A DNA stretch of 64,000 bases from Amoebidium appalachense (lineage: Eukaryota > Protista > Ichthyosporea): positions 2,606,231-2,670,230 of the forward strand of contig CAVNZM010000009.1 of NCBI GenBank assembly GCA_963693365.1, in the 5' to 3' direction. Below are positions 27,773-39,854 of the stretch, piece after piece (the first letter of the stretch is position 1; each line of letters opens with the position of its first letter). A model generated the notes under the pieces. That model was given only the letters and a program-made list of their open reading frames with translations, was not told the origin of the DNA and did not search any database. The position numbers were made by a program, and so were the translations under genes.

Positions 27773-30115
27773 TCACACTCCTCCTCGGTCTCCTCCCCTC
27801 CCTCCCCCTCCCCCCGTGTGTCTACGTGTATTTGCATCACTCCCCCCCCCGGCCCCCTCCCCCACCGACTTTTTCACACCACGATTAAACATAGGAATAA
27901 CTCTCTTTGGCCGAGAGGGAGCACTAGGCAACTCCCTCTGCACTAATCTAGCCTCATAAGCACGAATAGAAAACGGGCAATCCAAATGAAACTCAGGCAA
28001 CCACTGATATTCCTGATAACCTCCCTCAAAACGAATTAAATAATAATTTACCTTACCTTCCTTACCTTCGATAACCTTTTTATCCATAATTTTATCTACT
28101 GCAGCTGCAGCCTCCGATACATCCACCGACCCGTCATAGTCGGGGGTGAATGCATCTAACACTCGACGGCCCTCCGGCCGTTTAACCCTAAGGGCCCTAT
28201 CATAATATTCCTTTATATCATCTACATTATAAAATCTAACATCACTCTCATTATCTAACCTCTGCACCTTATATTCCGTCGGACCTAACCTAGCCACTAT
28301 TTTATACGGACCGATAAAAAGAGGCAACCATTTCTTACCATACTTACGAAGACCTTCACCTTCACCCTTACCTTCCTGCTCCTGCTTATATCTCTTTTTC
28401 CTAGTATGATCCCTAATTAAAACTAAAGTACCCTCGGCAAATTCACGTAACGGACGTGTGGATACGTCTGTACGTGCCTGTGCCTGCTGTGTACGGGCCA
28501 GAGCTGCATCACGTGCAGCCCGGGCCCGGGTTAGTAGCTGCTCCCGGAACTCAGTCCAGTGGGGATAAGTTAGTCGGTCAGTCCCCCCCATCGGCAAAAG
28601 TGCCGTATCTAACAAACTAATAGCCTCCTGCCCATAGACCAAATAAAACGGAGAAAAACCAGTCACAGCATGAGGGGTAGAATTATACGAATGAGCAATA
28701 AACCTAGACATATGATCCCAATCATTAGCCTCCACATCCACCATTTTGCCAAAGGACTTCTGAAACACTGCATGCACACGTTCAGAGATGGCATTTGCTT
28801 GAGGGTGATATGCAGACGTAGTGATATGAGCTACCCTTAAAATTTTACACACCTCCGACACCAACTGATTTAAAAACACACGACTCCTATCCGTTAACAA
28901 AACACGAGGACAACCAAACCTAAGACAAATTTCATCCACAAAAATACGAGCAAACAAAACGGCATTAGCAGTGGGGAGAGGAAAAACTTCAACCCAACGA
29001 GTGGCCACATCGGTGACGGTAACAAGAACAGTGTTACCCTCAACCGTAGAATTAAAAGGACCGACCACATCCACTGCTACCCTTTCAAACATACGAACAT
29101 TAAAATCCCTAATAAACGACGGGCGGGAACGAGAGTGGGGACTCTCATTCCTTTCCTGACAATGCATGCATGACAACACATAATCCCTCACCTCCCTACT
29201 CATACCCGGCCAAAAATACGAACGATTAACACGAAGCAACGTCCTATTTACACCTAAATGACCAGCCATGGGATGCTCATGCACCATATGCAAAACCTCA
29301 GGCACAAGTGCCGTCGGGACCCAAACTCGGTGTCCGTCTGGCCCAGAACAATGATAAACTAAATCCTGCTCTACCTGACACATCTTTGCTAACTTAGCTA
29401 CCTTAATCATCTGCCTTTTATTTTTAAACTTAATCGAATCAACCGGCCCTTTTAAATAATTCTTAACCAGACCAATCAACACATCTTCCTCCTGAGCTAA
29501 GATCAAAGCCGTAGGTGCTAAGGCAGGGGCCGAGCCATGAGACTCGGTCCCGACCGCAGACACTGACAAATACCTCCCCCCCCCTCTCCTACACTTATAA
29601 GCAAGCAACCCCGGAACCCAAGAAGACACATCCACAGACACAGCATCTATTCCTTTCTGCTCACTCTCCCCCCCCTTCCCCCCTCCCCCCCGTCTCTCAC
29701 TAGCCCCCCCCTCCCCCTCCTTCTCTTCTTCAAACAAAATATAAGCAGCACGAGAGAGAGCATCACAGTCAACCATTGTTTCACCCTTGGCATAAAACAA
29801 TTTATAGGAGAACTCACCGAGAGCCGCGGCCCACTTCTGCATCCTCTCGTTGACCAGACGAGTGGTGCCGGCCATGGCTAGGCAGGGCTTGTGGTCGGTG
29901 TAGACCTCAAACGTCCTGCCTGCGAGTATATACCTCCATGCCTGTGAGACTGCCCAAAAGATAGCATGGGACTCTCTCTCCGGATTGCTATATCTACGTT
30001 CACTTTTACTAAATGAACGACTAGCATAAGCAATCACTCTATCCTGCCCCTCCTGCACTTGATATAACACGGCCCCCTCAGCAACCTTACTTGCATCACA
30101 CCGAACTTTAAACAT
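27773..30115 (-). CDS. Gypsy pol: RNase H, integrase and C-terminal chromodomain
   Basis: RCDASK...IAYASR...VYTDHKP (RNase H); HEHPMAGHLG...CMHCQ zinc finger; VAVDVVGP, LLTDRS, ISERVH (DDE); IGPY module; VDKIMDKK...YYLIRFEGG...QWLPEFHLDC chromodomain. Confidence 0.95.
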   Translation of the reverse strand: MFKVRCDASKVAEGAVLYQVQEGQDRVIAYASRSFSKSERRYSNPERESHAIFWAVSQAWRYILAGRTFEVYTDHKPCLAMAGTTRLVNERMQKWAAALGEFSYKLFYAKGETMVDCDALSRAAYILFEEEKEGEGGASERRGGGGKGGESEQKGIDAVSVDVSSWVPGLLAYKCRRGGGRYLSVSAVGTESHGSAPALAPTALILAQEEDVLIGLVKNYLKGPVDSIKFKNKRQMIKVAKLAKMCQVEQDLVYHCSGPDGHRVWVPTALVPEVLHMVHEHPMAGHLGVNRTLLRVNRSYFWPGMSREVRDYVLSCMHCQERNESPHSRSRPSFIRDFNVRMFERVAVDVVGPFNSTVEGNTVLVTVTDVATRWVEVFPLPTANAVLFARIFVDEICLRFGCPRVLLTDRSRVFLNQLVSEVCKILRVAHITTSAYHPQANAISERVHAVFQKSFGKMVDVEANDWDHMSRFIAHSYNSTPHAVTGFSPFYLVYGQEAISLLDTALLPMGGTDRLTYPHWTEFREQLLTRARAARDAALARTQQAQARTDVSTRPLREFAEGTLVLIRDHTRKKRYKQEQEGKGEGEGLRKYGKKWLPLFIGPYKIVARLGPTEYKVQRLDNESDVRFYNVDDIKEYYDRALRVKRPEGRRVLDAFTPDYDGSVDVSEAAAAVDKIMDKKVIEGKEGKVNYYLIRFEGGYQEYQWLPEFHLDCPFSIRAYEARLVQRELPSAPSRPKRVIPMFNRGVKKSVGEGAGGGSDANTRRHTGGGGGRGGDRGGV

Positions 30116-31341
30116 CCCCCCCCGGCCGAAAAATCAGGATGAACAAGCATACTCGAAGACTGCAAAGCTAACTTAAGCTTTTCGAAAGCAGAAACAGCAT
30201 CAACATTCCAATCTATTCTATTCTTCTTCTCCCCCCCCGTCTGACTCGGACTAGTTAACGGCAAAGCAAGCATACTATAATCCTTAATATAACGACGAAG
30301 ATAATTAGTTAAACCTAAAAATTGCCTTAGTTGAGTGACAGTCTGAGGACGGGGCCACTCAACTATGGCCCGGATTTTCTCCGGATCAGGGGCAAGACCA
30401 TTACTAGACACAATATGACCTAAAAACTTAACCTCCGGCACACCAATCACAGTCTTGCTACCGCTAATACGAAGACCAGACTCACCCAAAGCTAAAAATA
30501 CTTTTTCACAATTATTAACTAACTCCTCAAATGACCTACCTTTAATTAAAACATCATCCAAATAAGGGTGGCATACATCCAAATGAGGGTGGAGAATTTT
30601 ATACATTACCCGGCACAACATCGCTGGAGAGGAGAGCAAACCCATCGGCACCACCTTGTACTGGAACAGCTGGTCACCCAGTGCAAAGGCAGTCTTCTCC
30701 TTGCTGCTCTCCTCCAACCTTATCTGCCAAAAAGCTGCTTTTAAATCAAGTTTAGCAAAGTGAGTATAGCCGTGCAGCTGTGAAAGCTGCTCGTCTATGT
30801 TAGGGAGAGGCCATTGGTCTGCCTTAGTGATCCGATTCAGAGCCCTGTAATCGTTCACTAGACGCCAAGACCCGCCGGGCTTCTTAACCAATAGCACCGG
30901 ACTTCTCCACGGACTCGAACTATGCTCCACATGACCCTTTTTTAACATATCACTCACTATAATTAGCGCATCCGACAATTTATACTGCTCCATTCTATAG
31001 CTAGGCATCACTACCGGCCTATTATCACCTGTGTCGATCTGCATTTCAAACCCTTTAACGAAGCCTACTTCGTTATCATCGGCCAGAAATGCAAACCGAG
31101 TCCTATCAAATAACTTAGCTAGCAATTTTTTCTGTTCTACCGTCCAATCCCCCTCCTTCATACCAAACGGCAATCCTAACTCCGGGTTACCCCCATCACA
31201 AGTGGATGCATCCTTATTCACCGGAGTGCCACTTAACATTTCACCTCCTGTATTACATCGGTGCTGCTCGGGGTGAGGTTGAGGTACCTCCGGATATAGG
31301 CGGTCACCCTTAGCACCCCCCCCTCCCCCCCGGCACACCAA
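30034..31341 (-). CDS. Gypsy pol: reverse transcriptase, frameshifted relative to RH-IN at a G run
   Basis: SSSPWRSPVLLVKK, WRLVNDYRALN, KLDLKAAFWQI, VPMGL, YLDDVLI, FLGHIV, QFLGLTNY. Confidence 0.95.
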   Translation of the reverse strand: MVCRGGGGGAKGDRLYPEVPQPHPEQHRCNTGGEMLSGTPVNKDASTCDGGNPELGLPFGMKEGDWTVEQKKLLAKLFDRTRFAFLADDNEVGFVKGFEMQIDTGDNRPVVMPSYRMEQYKLSDALIIVSDMLKKGHVEHSSSPWRSPVLLVKKPGGSWRLVNDYRALNRITKADQWPLPNIDEQLSQLHGYTHFAKLDLKAAFWQIRLEESSKEKTAFALGDQLFQYKVVPMGLLSSPAMLCRVMYKILHPHLDVCHPYLDDVLIKGRSFEELVNNCEKVFLALGESGLRISGSKTVIGVPEVKFLGHIVSSNGLAPDPEKIRAIVEWPRPQTVTQLRQFLGLTNYLRRYIKDYSMLALPLTSPSQTGGEKKNRIDWNVDAVSAFEKLKLALQSSSMLVHPDFSAGGGCLKFGVMQVRLLRGPCYIKCRRGRIE

Positions 31342-32439
31342 TGCCCCCGGGCAATTCCTGATGAGTTAGTGCATGTATGTGGGGGGCCAGGTCTGTGGCC
31401 ACCCTGCCCCCCACGGTGTTGGTTAACCCGTCAGATCCACGGGTTAGACCAACACCCTCCCCCCCTGCCTGCACATTCTCACACCCGGGGTGACCCTCCT
31501 TCCTCTTGGGGGTCGGGGGAGTGGGACCGGTGCTGTCCCGGTCCCCCCCCCCATCGTGTCGGGTGACATTTTGGTGGCTAACGTTAAATAAAGTTGTTCC
31601 CCCTCCTCCTGAGTCACCCTTCGAGCCGGCATCCTCCTTTTGGGTAATAAGAGAGACCTCTATACTACCAATCTCATTAGTGAAACTACCGACGGAAACA
31701 CCTGACCTAATCACTATAGGCTCGATGCCCGGATTCACTAATTCTATTTCTATTGTCTTATCCGGCCATACCCTACTAAGGGTCCATTGGGCCACCTCCT
31801 GAAATGGGGTTTTCGGAGTAAAAACCCCTAAATCCCCTATCCTAACATGATTGCCGGCCCGGACACGTACCGTTTGGCACTGATAAGGCTCGATTACTAC
31901 TTCAGCTACCGTTCTAGCACCAGACTGATAACCGTCGAGCCCATCATGGGTTTTAATTTTAACGCCGGACTGCAATTCTAAAACATTCGTACGTTCAAAC
32001 AAAGCATTCACATGTCTACGGAAAAATGGGGCTCCCAACAAAACACTTTGAGCTAAATCCTTAACCACATAACAAGCAACATGCATAGCCTGGCCACCTA
32101 TCTCACACGGCAACACACAAACACCTTCCACAGACATACTACTATTATTAGCACTACCTAAGGCTGTGCTAGAAGCATCTAAAATAGGAATTTCCCCCCG
32201 GCCTGATTAAAACGACGAATAAACGAAGCATGCACACAATTAACCTGAGCCCCTCCATCGAGCAAAGCAACAGCCTTTAACTTACCATCAGCTAACCATA
32301 CGTCTATATAATGCCGGCTAAAACCAACTAAATCCTCCTCCAATTCAAGCAACACATCATCACTCACACCCAATCCCTGCCCACGAAGACTCACACCCTC
32401 GATACCTACGTGCAACATACCTACCTGTGGTGCCTGCAC
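31310..32439 (-). CDS. Gypsy aspartic protease and linker, split into two frames
   Basis: ALLDGGAQVNCV catalytic motif (32179-32439), continuing as ...SVLLGAPFF (31310-32137). Confidence 0.8.
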
Positions 32440-33002
32440 GGGTGGGGTGGGGTGTGTATGTGGTGTGGGTGGTGGTGGAGTGTGTGTGTGTGATGTGTGG
32501 GTGGGTGGTGTGTGTGTGTTTGGTGTATGTGTGGGTGTGTGTGTGGGTGTAGGTGTGTCTGCAACCGTCGTATGTTGTTGTGGTGGTGTGTTTCTACGTG
32601 TCTGTGCCTTCCCCCCCTTCCCCCTTTACTCGTGTGTGTCCCCCCCCCTCCCGGAAACAATGGCACAGAAACCCCCTCCGGTGTGGTTAGAACAAACACC
32701 GGGTTGGGACAAGAAACACTGAGACCATCCACTGGTGGCTGGGGAACCTCCCCCAACCACAAAACATTCACACCATTCATACCTTTGGTAGAGTCACCCC
32801 ACAAACATTCATGCCATACCACCTCGACGCTGTCTTGAGGACCCACGACGATGCCCGGCTCCCACACGTATCGGGGCGGTGAGGGGGCAAAGGGAAGCTT
32901 AACCTGGGGTGGGGGAGGGTGAAGGTTCTCTGCAACCTGGGGGGGACCGATACTGTCCCCCCCCCCTCCCTCAGTGACCCCAGCTTCCCCCTCCCCCGGA
33001 AC

Positions 33003-34344
33003 TCAATAGCTCTTGTAACTACGGCAATATGCAGCAGAGTGCCCTTGCCGGCCACAAAAGTAACATGCACCAAAGAAGGGGCCAGGGGGGACTTCAAAAC
33101 CTTGGCGCAAAGCATAACCGGGACTCGGAGCCCGGTCATGCTGGGGGGGCCCACCGTGTGCACCACGGCCCCCCCTTCCCCCCCTGCCCCCCTCGGCCTC
33201 TCTCACCACCATTTCCACCCCTCCCTCTACCCTGCCCACCACCTCGAGCAAGATAAGGGGCAAACCTCTCGGTGAACTGCTGCTGTTGTCCTCCACGTCC
33301 ACCTCGGCCACGACCGCCGTGTCCACCCCGGTCGCCGCCACGGCCACCCCGGAAGCCGAAGCCCCCTCGGCCAGAAAAGACGGCCTGGGAGAGCTCGGCA
33401 ACCTGCTTGACCAACATGGTGAGTGCATCTGGCTGTTCACCCTCTTTTTTCTCTTTTTCCCCCTTCTGTCCACTCTCCTTCTTTTTCTTGTCTACTTCCA
33501 TCACCTCCTTTTTATCCCTCTTATTGAACTTCACCTCGTGCATGGCAAGCAAGTGACGTTTAACATGCAACACCACCTCATCTACATCATCATGCTCCCC
33601 AAACATGCGTGCAGTGTCTGTGTTTACAGAGAGAGCCTTACGAGCAAACTCGAATTTTTCCCTATCACTCACATCACCAGCTAACTCACAAAGGTCTTCA
33701 AAGACCCGATATTCCCTCTCAAAGAATGCACGAGCTTCTACGGGGGACATATCTAAAGTGGGAAAGGTATACTTCCATTCTCTGAGCTGGGCCCGGAAGG
33801 TACGGCGCCGGTCGGCCGTCAGGTATCGGCCGACGAGCCGGGCCGTATACTCGAGCTCGTTTTCCGGCCGTGTGAAGGCCTCGAGCTCCCCGTCCACGTC
33901 GTCGGTGCTGTTCTCGTCCTCGTCGTCGGGGATGAACCGTGCGGCCAGACGTTTCTGGCCGAGCGTCCGGGACACCATCTCGTCCCTCCCCTCGTCGTAC
34001 TGCTGCTCGTATATACGAGCCGTCACCTGGGGGGCCTGCTCGGCCCGGTACGGGTGCTCCTCCATCAGGGTGCATAAGTCGGCCATTGTTTTGTGGTCGA
34101 TGCACTGTTTGATCATTAAGAACGAGGCCGCCACAGTGGGGGCCTTCTTTGTGTCTAACACTAGTGTGGGTGTGTTAGCTAGGAGTGTCCTAAGCCACCT
34201 AGGGATTTCCGAGTCGTGTTTGAGTGTAAAACTGAAAGCTGTGGTCTGTCTAACGTCTAGTGTATGAACCTGTGGTACCTGTGTGTGCAGGGAGCTATCC
34301 TCCGCTGCCAATGCGTAGAAAATGTCTACGTTAAACTTAGCCAT
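33003..34344 (-). CDS. Gypsy gag with RGG-rich region and CCHC zinc knuckle, frameshifted at a homopolymer
   Basis: 402-aa ORF 33136-34344 just downstream of the 5' LTR; CYFCGRQGHSAAYC lies in the overlapping frame ending at 33003. Confidence 0.85.
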
Positions 34345-34498
34345 TGTGTGGTGTGTGCCCTAACTCGTGTGGTTGTGTTTATGTTTTTTTTTTTTTTTTT
34401 TTTTTTTTTCTGTGTGTTTGAGGTGTAGCAACAGCCCAGAAGGAACTGTCACCGCGTTACCCTAGCGCGAAAAACCGCACTAAAAGAAAGGTGTAGCT

Positions 34499-35141
34499 TG
34501 TCGTATCCTAATATATGTGTACTAGAGACGCGGCACTCTACTAAGTGTACACACACGAAAAGGAACGAACGTGTATAGAAAAACGGTAAAGTTTATTAAG
34601 ACCAGGCTCCGACGGGCAAACTTAGATCCGTACGGATTGAGTCTAAGTTACGACTGAGGCCATCAAGGCCGTGCCCTACAAGATCATCATCACCTGGCCC
34701 CCTACGATGCCACATTCCATTAACATTCCGATCTACTTTTATCGTGCGCCTGCACGAGCTAAGTCGATCTACTCAACTAATATATTTATCCAAGTCTCAC
34801 CCCTCACCCTTCCCCTAGTGGCACCGCAGAGTCTAATTCTACATTTCATACTATCTCCCTCCCCCCCTCCCTCCCCCCTTTCCTCTGTCATCGAAATATA
34901 TAAATACGTTTGGCAGCATACACTATCAGAACTTGCCAATATTTACAAAAGGGCTTCTGCCCGAACAATCACATTCCTAAGTCCTCCTACGATCTATCCT
35001 ACACACTAATTAGAATTCTATTGGTCGGCTGTCCCAGCTGACGTGGTCCTGCCCTGCGCCGGCAGAGGCAAGATGATGCACGCAGCTGCACAGCTATCTT
35101 GAGGCCCCGGACTTGATCTTGATGATCTGTGGACCCGGGCC

Positions 35142-35189
<48 letters not shown>

Positions 35190-35240
35190 ATCTCGATCGT
35201 AGACTTAGGCTAATCTGCTGAGACGGATTAGTATATGTCA
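34499..35240 (-). repeat. 5' LTR of the Gypsy element
   Basis: Nearly identical to 26846-27570; differences are mainly poly-C length plus very few substitutions. Confidence 0.95.
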
Positions 35241-35326
35241 GCCGGCGCCAAAACAAAACGGCTGTCGCCGGCGCTAAAACATAACGAGACAGTTATTGAT
35301 GTTGGGTTGTGTGGTTGTTACCTCCC

Positions 35327-35395
<69 letters not shown>

Positions 35396-35535
35396 ATCTC
35401 GATCGTAGACTTAGGCTAATCTGCTGAGACGGATTAGTATATGTCAGCCGGCGCCAAAACAAAACGGCTGTCGCCGGCGCTAAAACATAACGAGACAGTT
35501 ATTGATGTTGGGTTGTGTGGTTGTTACCTCCCCCC
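35189..35535. repeat. ~206-bp tandem duplication of the LTR end plus flank
   Basis: gatctcgatcg...gtatatgtca gccggcgcc...gttacctccc occurs twice, each copy bounded by poly-C. Confidence 0.9.
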
Positions 35536-35538
35536 CCC

Positions 35539-35576
<38 letters not shown>

Positions 35577-36202
35577 CTGGCCCCCCCGCCTCACCCTCCC
35601 CCCCCCCCCCCCCCCCCCCCCGCCCCCCTTTTTTTTGCGTACGGGTAGAAATAAATGCATCTTGCTGTTACACGTAACTTGGCGTTGTAACTGTAAAGTG
35701 TTATCCGTGGCACTAACAGTTCATGGTGGTGAATCTGACGGGCATAACAATACTCCGGGTAGAAACGCCGGCCACAAATAACCCAAAATAAAAGTGTGGT
35801 AGCAAATAGACGACTTCTAGATATATTTCCTTTCATTGTGTTCAACGTCTATGTGTGTGTGTGTGTGTGTAAATGTTTGTGTGTGTGTGAATGTGTGTGT
35901 GTGGGCCAAGTGAAGGTTGTATGCGTTTTTGTCGACTTAGTTGTTTTTGTATTCTATTCGATTATTACTTTGTGTGTACATGTGGACAAAAAAAAAATCA
36001 CAAAAAAATTACCAATGACCACCGCCCAGCTTGAATCACCCTAGCTCTAGTGTAAAAAAATAATCATTATCAGCCACAAACCCTTCTAGTACGCTCGCCC
36101 TAAATGTCATATTCACATTACTGAGTTGATTTAATTGTGTTTCTTACTCTATTTTTTTTCAACAACTGTCCGCCTGTAGCTATTAAAACATTAAAATGTA
36201 CA

Positions 36203-36241
<39 letters not shown>

Positions 36242-36262
36242 CACAGGCCGGTGTGTGTGTGT

Positions 36263-36293
<31 letters not shown>

Positions 36294-37218
36294 GATATAG
36301 AATTTGCCGTCCTCATCCCCGTGTCCCCCTAAACCGGTGTTAGCAGACCTTTGAGGTTTTTGTGATTGGATTGGTAGTTCTATTTCATTAAAATTTTCAA
36401 AATGTCGTTGTACCAATGATATAGTACTTTGTAAAAACAATGTCGCCGAATTTCTCTAAAAAAAGTGCGTTCCATTTTGGGTTAAGAAACAAAAACCGTT
36501 TTGATACGGGAATCACCTGACCTCTGCCGTCATTCAGCCCAGCGTGTTCACAGTAGACTCCGAAACCGCTGGTTTTTTCCTTTTTATTTCAAAGCCCCGA
36601 GTACGTACATCCTCTCGGGCCCAACTTTAGGGCACTATCTCATTATCAAATATATAGTTATTTTAGGCTTTTTCATTAGTATCGCAAGAATATTTAGCGA
36701 TTTTGATGTCATAAAAACAACTAAGCAACGTTTCGATGGTTTTTGATGCCTCACAAAATGGCCTTAGGTCCCCTCCAAATTCCGGATTTGAGGTCCGGCA
36801 AACAACGCATTATATATATAGATAATAGATAATAGGCATATGCACAGGCCTAGCCACATATGTGCACACACGCACACATACACACACACACGTACGCACA
36901 CACCAGCACACAGACACACACACAGCACACACACATACACACACACACACACATACAGAGAAAGTGAGAGACTACCACACACATGACACCGGGAGCCCGC
37001 TGTGCGCGCACAATTAAGGTGCGTTAACACGTGAGCTTCGTGAGCCGCGGCCGGCTGCCGATCATATGCATGTGCCGCAGGACCCAGCCGCTCTGATTAA
37101 TCTTCTTCTCGGATTGATTAATCTTCTTTTACGCTCGCACCTCTTCTCGAAGGTGTATAATAAACATGGATATTATAGACATAAACACCCAAAAAAAATT
37201 ACATAGGCGTTTTCTTGA

Positions 37219-37407
37219 CTATCGAAACCAATTTTTTGCCTGCTTAACATGTATTCTTGGGCTGCTGGGTAAGTCGGTGGAAGCGCCGCAAATGTGACAA
37301 ACGTTGGTGCGCTGGCACCAATGTTCAACCACACGAACATATTGCCGTAGTTCGATAGGATCGGATGACATCAGCACCGTGACAATATCGTCGGCAAACT
37401 GAGACAT
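37219..37407 (-). CDS. Small hypothetical protein (62 aa, CxxC)
   Basis: ATG-started intronless ORF with upstream cacgtgacgtca and gtgacgtccaat motifs; related sequence near 56035. Confidence 0.4.
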   Translation of the reverse strand: MSQFADDIVTVLMSSDPIELRQYVRVVEHWCQRTNVCHICGASTDLPSSPRIHVKQAKNWFR

Positions 37408-37522
37408 GTTGGAATTACAGCACGTGACGTCACCGTCTCACCGTGACGTCCAATTAAAATGCGCCTGAACTTGTGCGGCAGAAGGATATGATTGGACAAC
37501 ATTGTTCTCTCCACAGAACTTT

Positions 37523-37653
37523 TGGATTATGCGAGGGACTTGGTAAAGTTCGAATCGAATCGTGAAGGGCCGCCAGGCCCGGAGCACGGCGCACGGCGCA
37601 CGACCCGACCCGCCCGCGCTGCCTCGCGGTCCCCCGGGGAGCTGGATCATCCG

Positions 37654-37687
<34 letters not shown>

Positions 37688-37845
37688 CCCCAGATCCCCC
37701 CCCGGCCCCCCTCCCCCCCCCCCCTCCCCCCCGGGGACCGCGAGGCAGCGCGGGCGGGTCGGGCCGGGCGCCGTGCGCCCGTGCTCCGGGCCTGGCGGCC
37801 CTTCGCGATTCGATTCGAACCTTCCCAAGTCCCTCGCCCAATCCA
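37523..37845. mobile_element. GC-rich foldback / MITE-like palindrome
   Basis: Arms of about 110 bp: gcgagggacttggtaaagttcgaatcgaatcgtgaagggccgccaggcccggagcacgg matches the reverse complement of ccgtgctccgggcctggcggcccttcgcgattcgattcgaaccttcccaagtccctcgc; poly-C spacer. Confidence 0.85.
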
Positions 37846-37847
37846 TT

Positions 37848-38141
37848 ATTGGACTAGTCACGTGACCTGGTAACTTTGAGATCACCCCCCCCACCAAACC
37901 ACCCCCAATCCGATCGCGATCGATCTATATCCCACTTTCCACTTTTTTTACTTAAAATTGAAAAAGAGAAAAAAGAGACAAAACAAATGAAACAGCACTA
38001 CTCGCTTCTAAGTGGAAAAGTGGCAAAGGACTACAGACACTTATCGATTTAAATCTTAAACACGATAACATAGTGTCACACTAAGGATCAGGCCGGGGAA
38101 CGGGGAACGGGGGACGGGCAGCAAAACGTTTTAAGTATGGA
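37848..38141 (+). repeat. Left arm of a ~290-bp inverted repeat (partner 58899-59183)
   Basis: Reverse-complement match, including a 64-bp identical core cgataacatagtgtcacactaaggatcaggccggggaacggggaacgggggacgggcagcaaaa. Confidence 0.92.
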
Positions 38142-38153
38142 CACGGGCACGGG

Positions 38154-38690
<537 letters not shown>

Positions 38691-39190
38691 GGGCCGGGGG
38701 GGGGGGGGGGGGGGGGGAGAGACTACGAGCATTGTAATACAAAAACAGGGATCTGTATATACTTCGCGGGTTCAACTTTACATTAGCATACAATACGGTA
38801 TAACAATTCCCAAACCACAAATCTGATCAGCATCGATAATCTAAACTACGAGCATAGAAATTCCAAAATTTTAAGGTGAGTGTCGATTTTTCTACATACA
38901 GCTCATTCATACTTGGTATGATCGGATTGCATGATCATCTTTGAACAGAAAAGGAGGAGAGAGGGACGAGACTGTGTTATGGTACGTCAACCAGAGATAC
39001 ACTGTTGTCGTCATCACCGCCATTTTCATTTTCACCCTCGCCATCTGCCAGTGGCTCGTAAACCGGCTCCTCGGAAGTTCAACACGCCACGATTCAAATG
39101 CACATTATGTTCCTCCAAAGCCTCCAACTCAACATACTGAAAACAAGCGCACCAACAACACCACCACCACCCAAATCGCCGCCACTGCTC

Positions 39191-39529
39191 TTACGTCGTT
39201 TGACGGAGTCGCCAGAGCCGCGTCGGGGAGACAGACCACAACCAAAATGACACTCTTTCGGCTTGACGTTGTGTGTCTCGCTTCAGATGCTGTTCGTTGT
39301 TGTGCACCTCGCTTGAGAGTTTGGATTTCTGTGCCTGTAGCACTTTCAAGTTAATTTGACGAGAAAAGGCCCTGATCTCGTCCTTCTTCTGGGCGTTCAC
39401 GGCGGAGGTAGCGGCGTACAAATACGAATCCTCGGCCAACACACAACTGAAAATCTTCTTGTCTTCATCGGTCACAGGCCATGGGTCTTGGTCGCATAGA
39501 GCACTGCCAGTGTCACGATCATCTGTCAT
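39191..39529 (-). CDS. Hypothetical protein (112 aa)
   Basis: ATG-started, intronless, non-repetitive ORF with a helical or coiled-coil-like centre; no recognisable family. Confidence 0.4.
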   Translation of the reverse strand: MTDDRDTGSALCDQDPWPVTDEDKKIFSCVLAEDSYLYAATSAVNAQKKDEIRAFSRQINLKVLQAQKSKLSSEVHNNEQHLKRDTQRQAERVSFWLWSVSPTRLWRLRQTT

Positions 39530-39854
39530 GAACGCGATGCATCTGCCAACAACTTGTCATCCCATTATCAGCTTTGTAGGAGCGATGTACTTCGACGTCG
39601 GGCGAAAAAATAGAGTCGGCATCGATTTTCAAAAGTTTAACACAACCGGAAGTCACGAACATCAATTGTGGCTATACCAGAAGTGTCGAGGGTGAGATGT
39701 GCACAAACGTCGAGCAACTTATCCAACAAAAATCGTATTCGTCAATCGAATCGATGACAGTCCCGTTAGTCACCGCGAGGACCTGTGCGTGACGCCACAA
39801 TCTGGCAAGGGACTCGGAAGGCAGGGAAACCCGCATGTTGCTTTGCATGCTCGG

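Larger units (their letters stand above)
26846..35240 (-). mobile_element. Full-length Ty3/Gypsy LTR retrotransposon of chromovirus type
   Basis: Near-identical TG...CA LTRs at 26846-27570 and 34499-35240; 5-bp TSD GCCGG at 26841-26845 and 35241-35245; purine-rich tract next to the 3' LTR (27571-27590); gag-PR-RT-RH-IN-chromodomain order. Confidence 0.97.
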
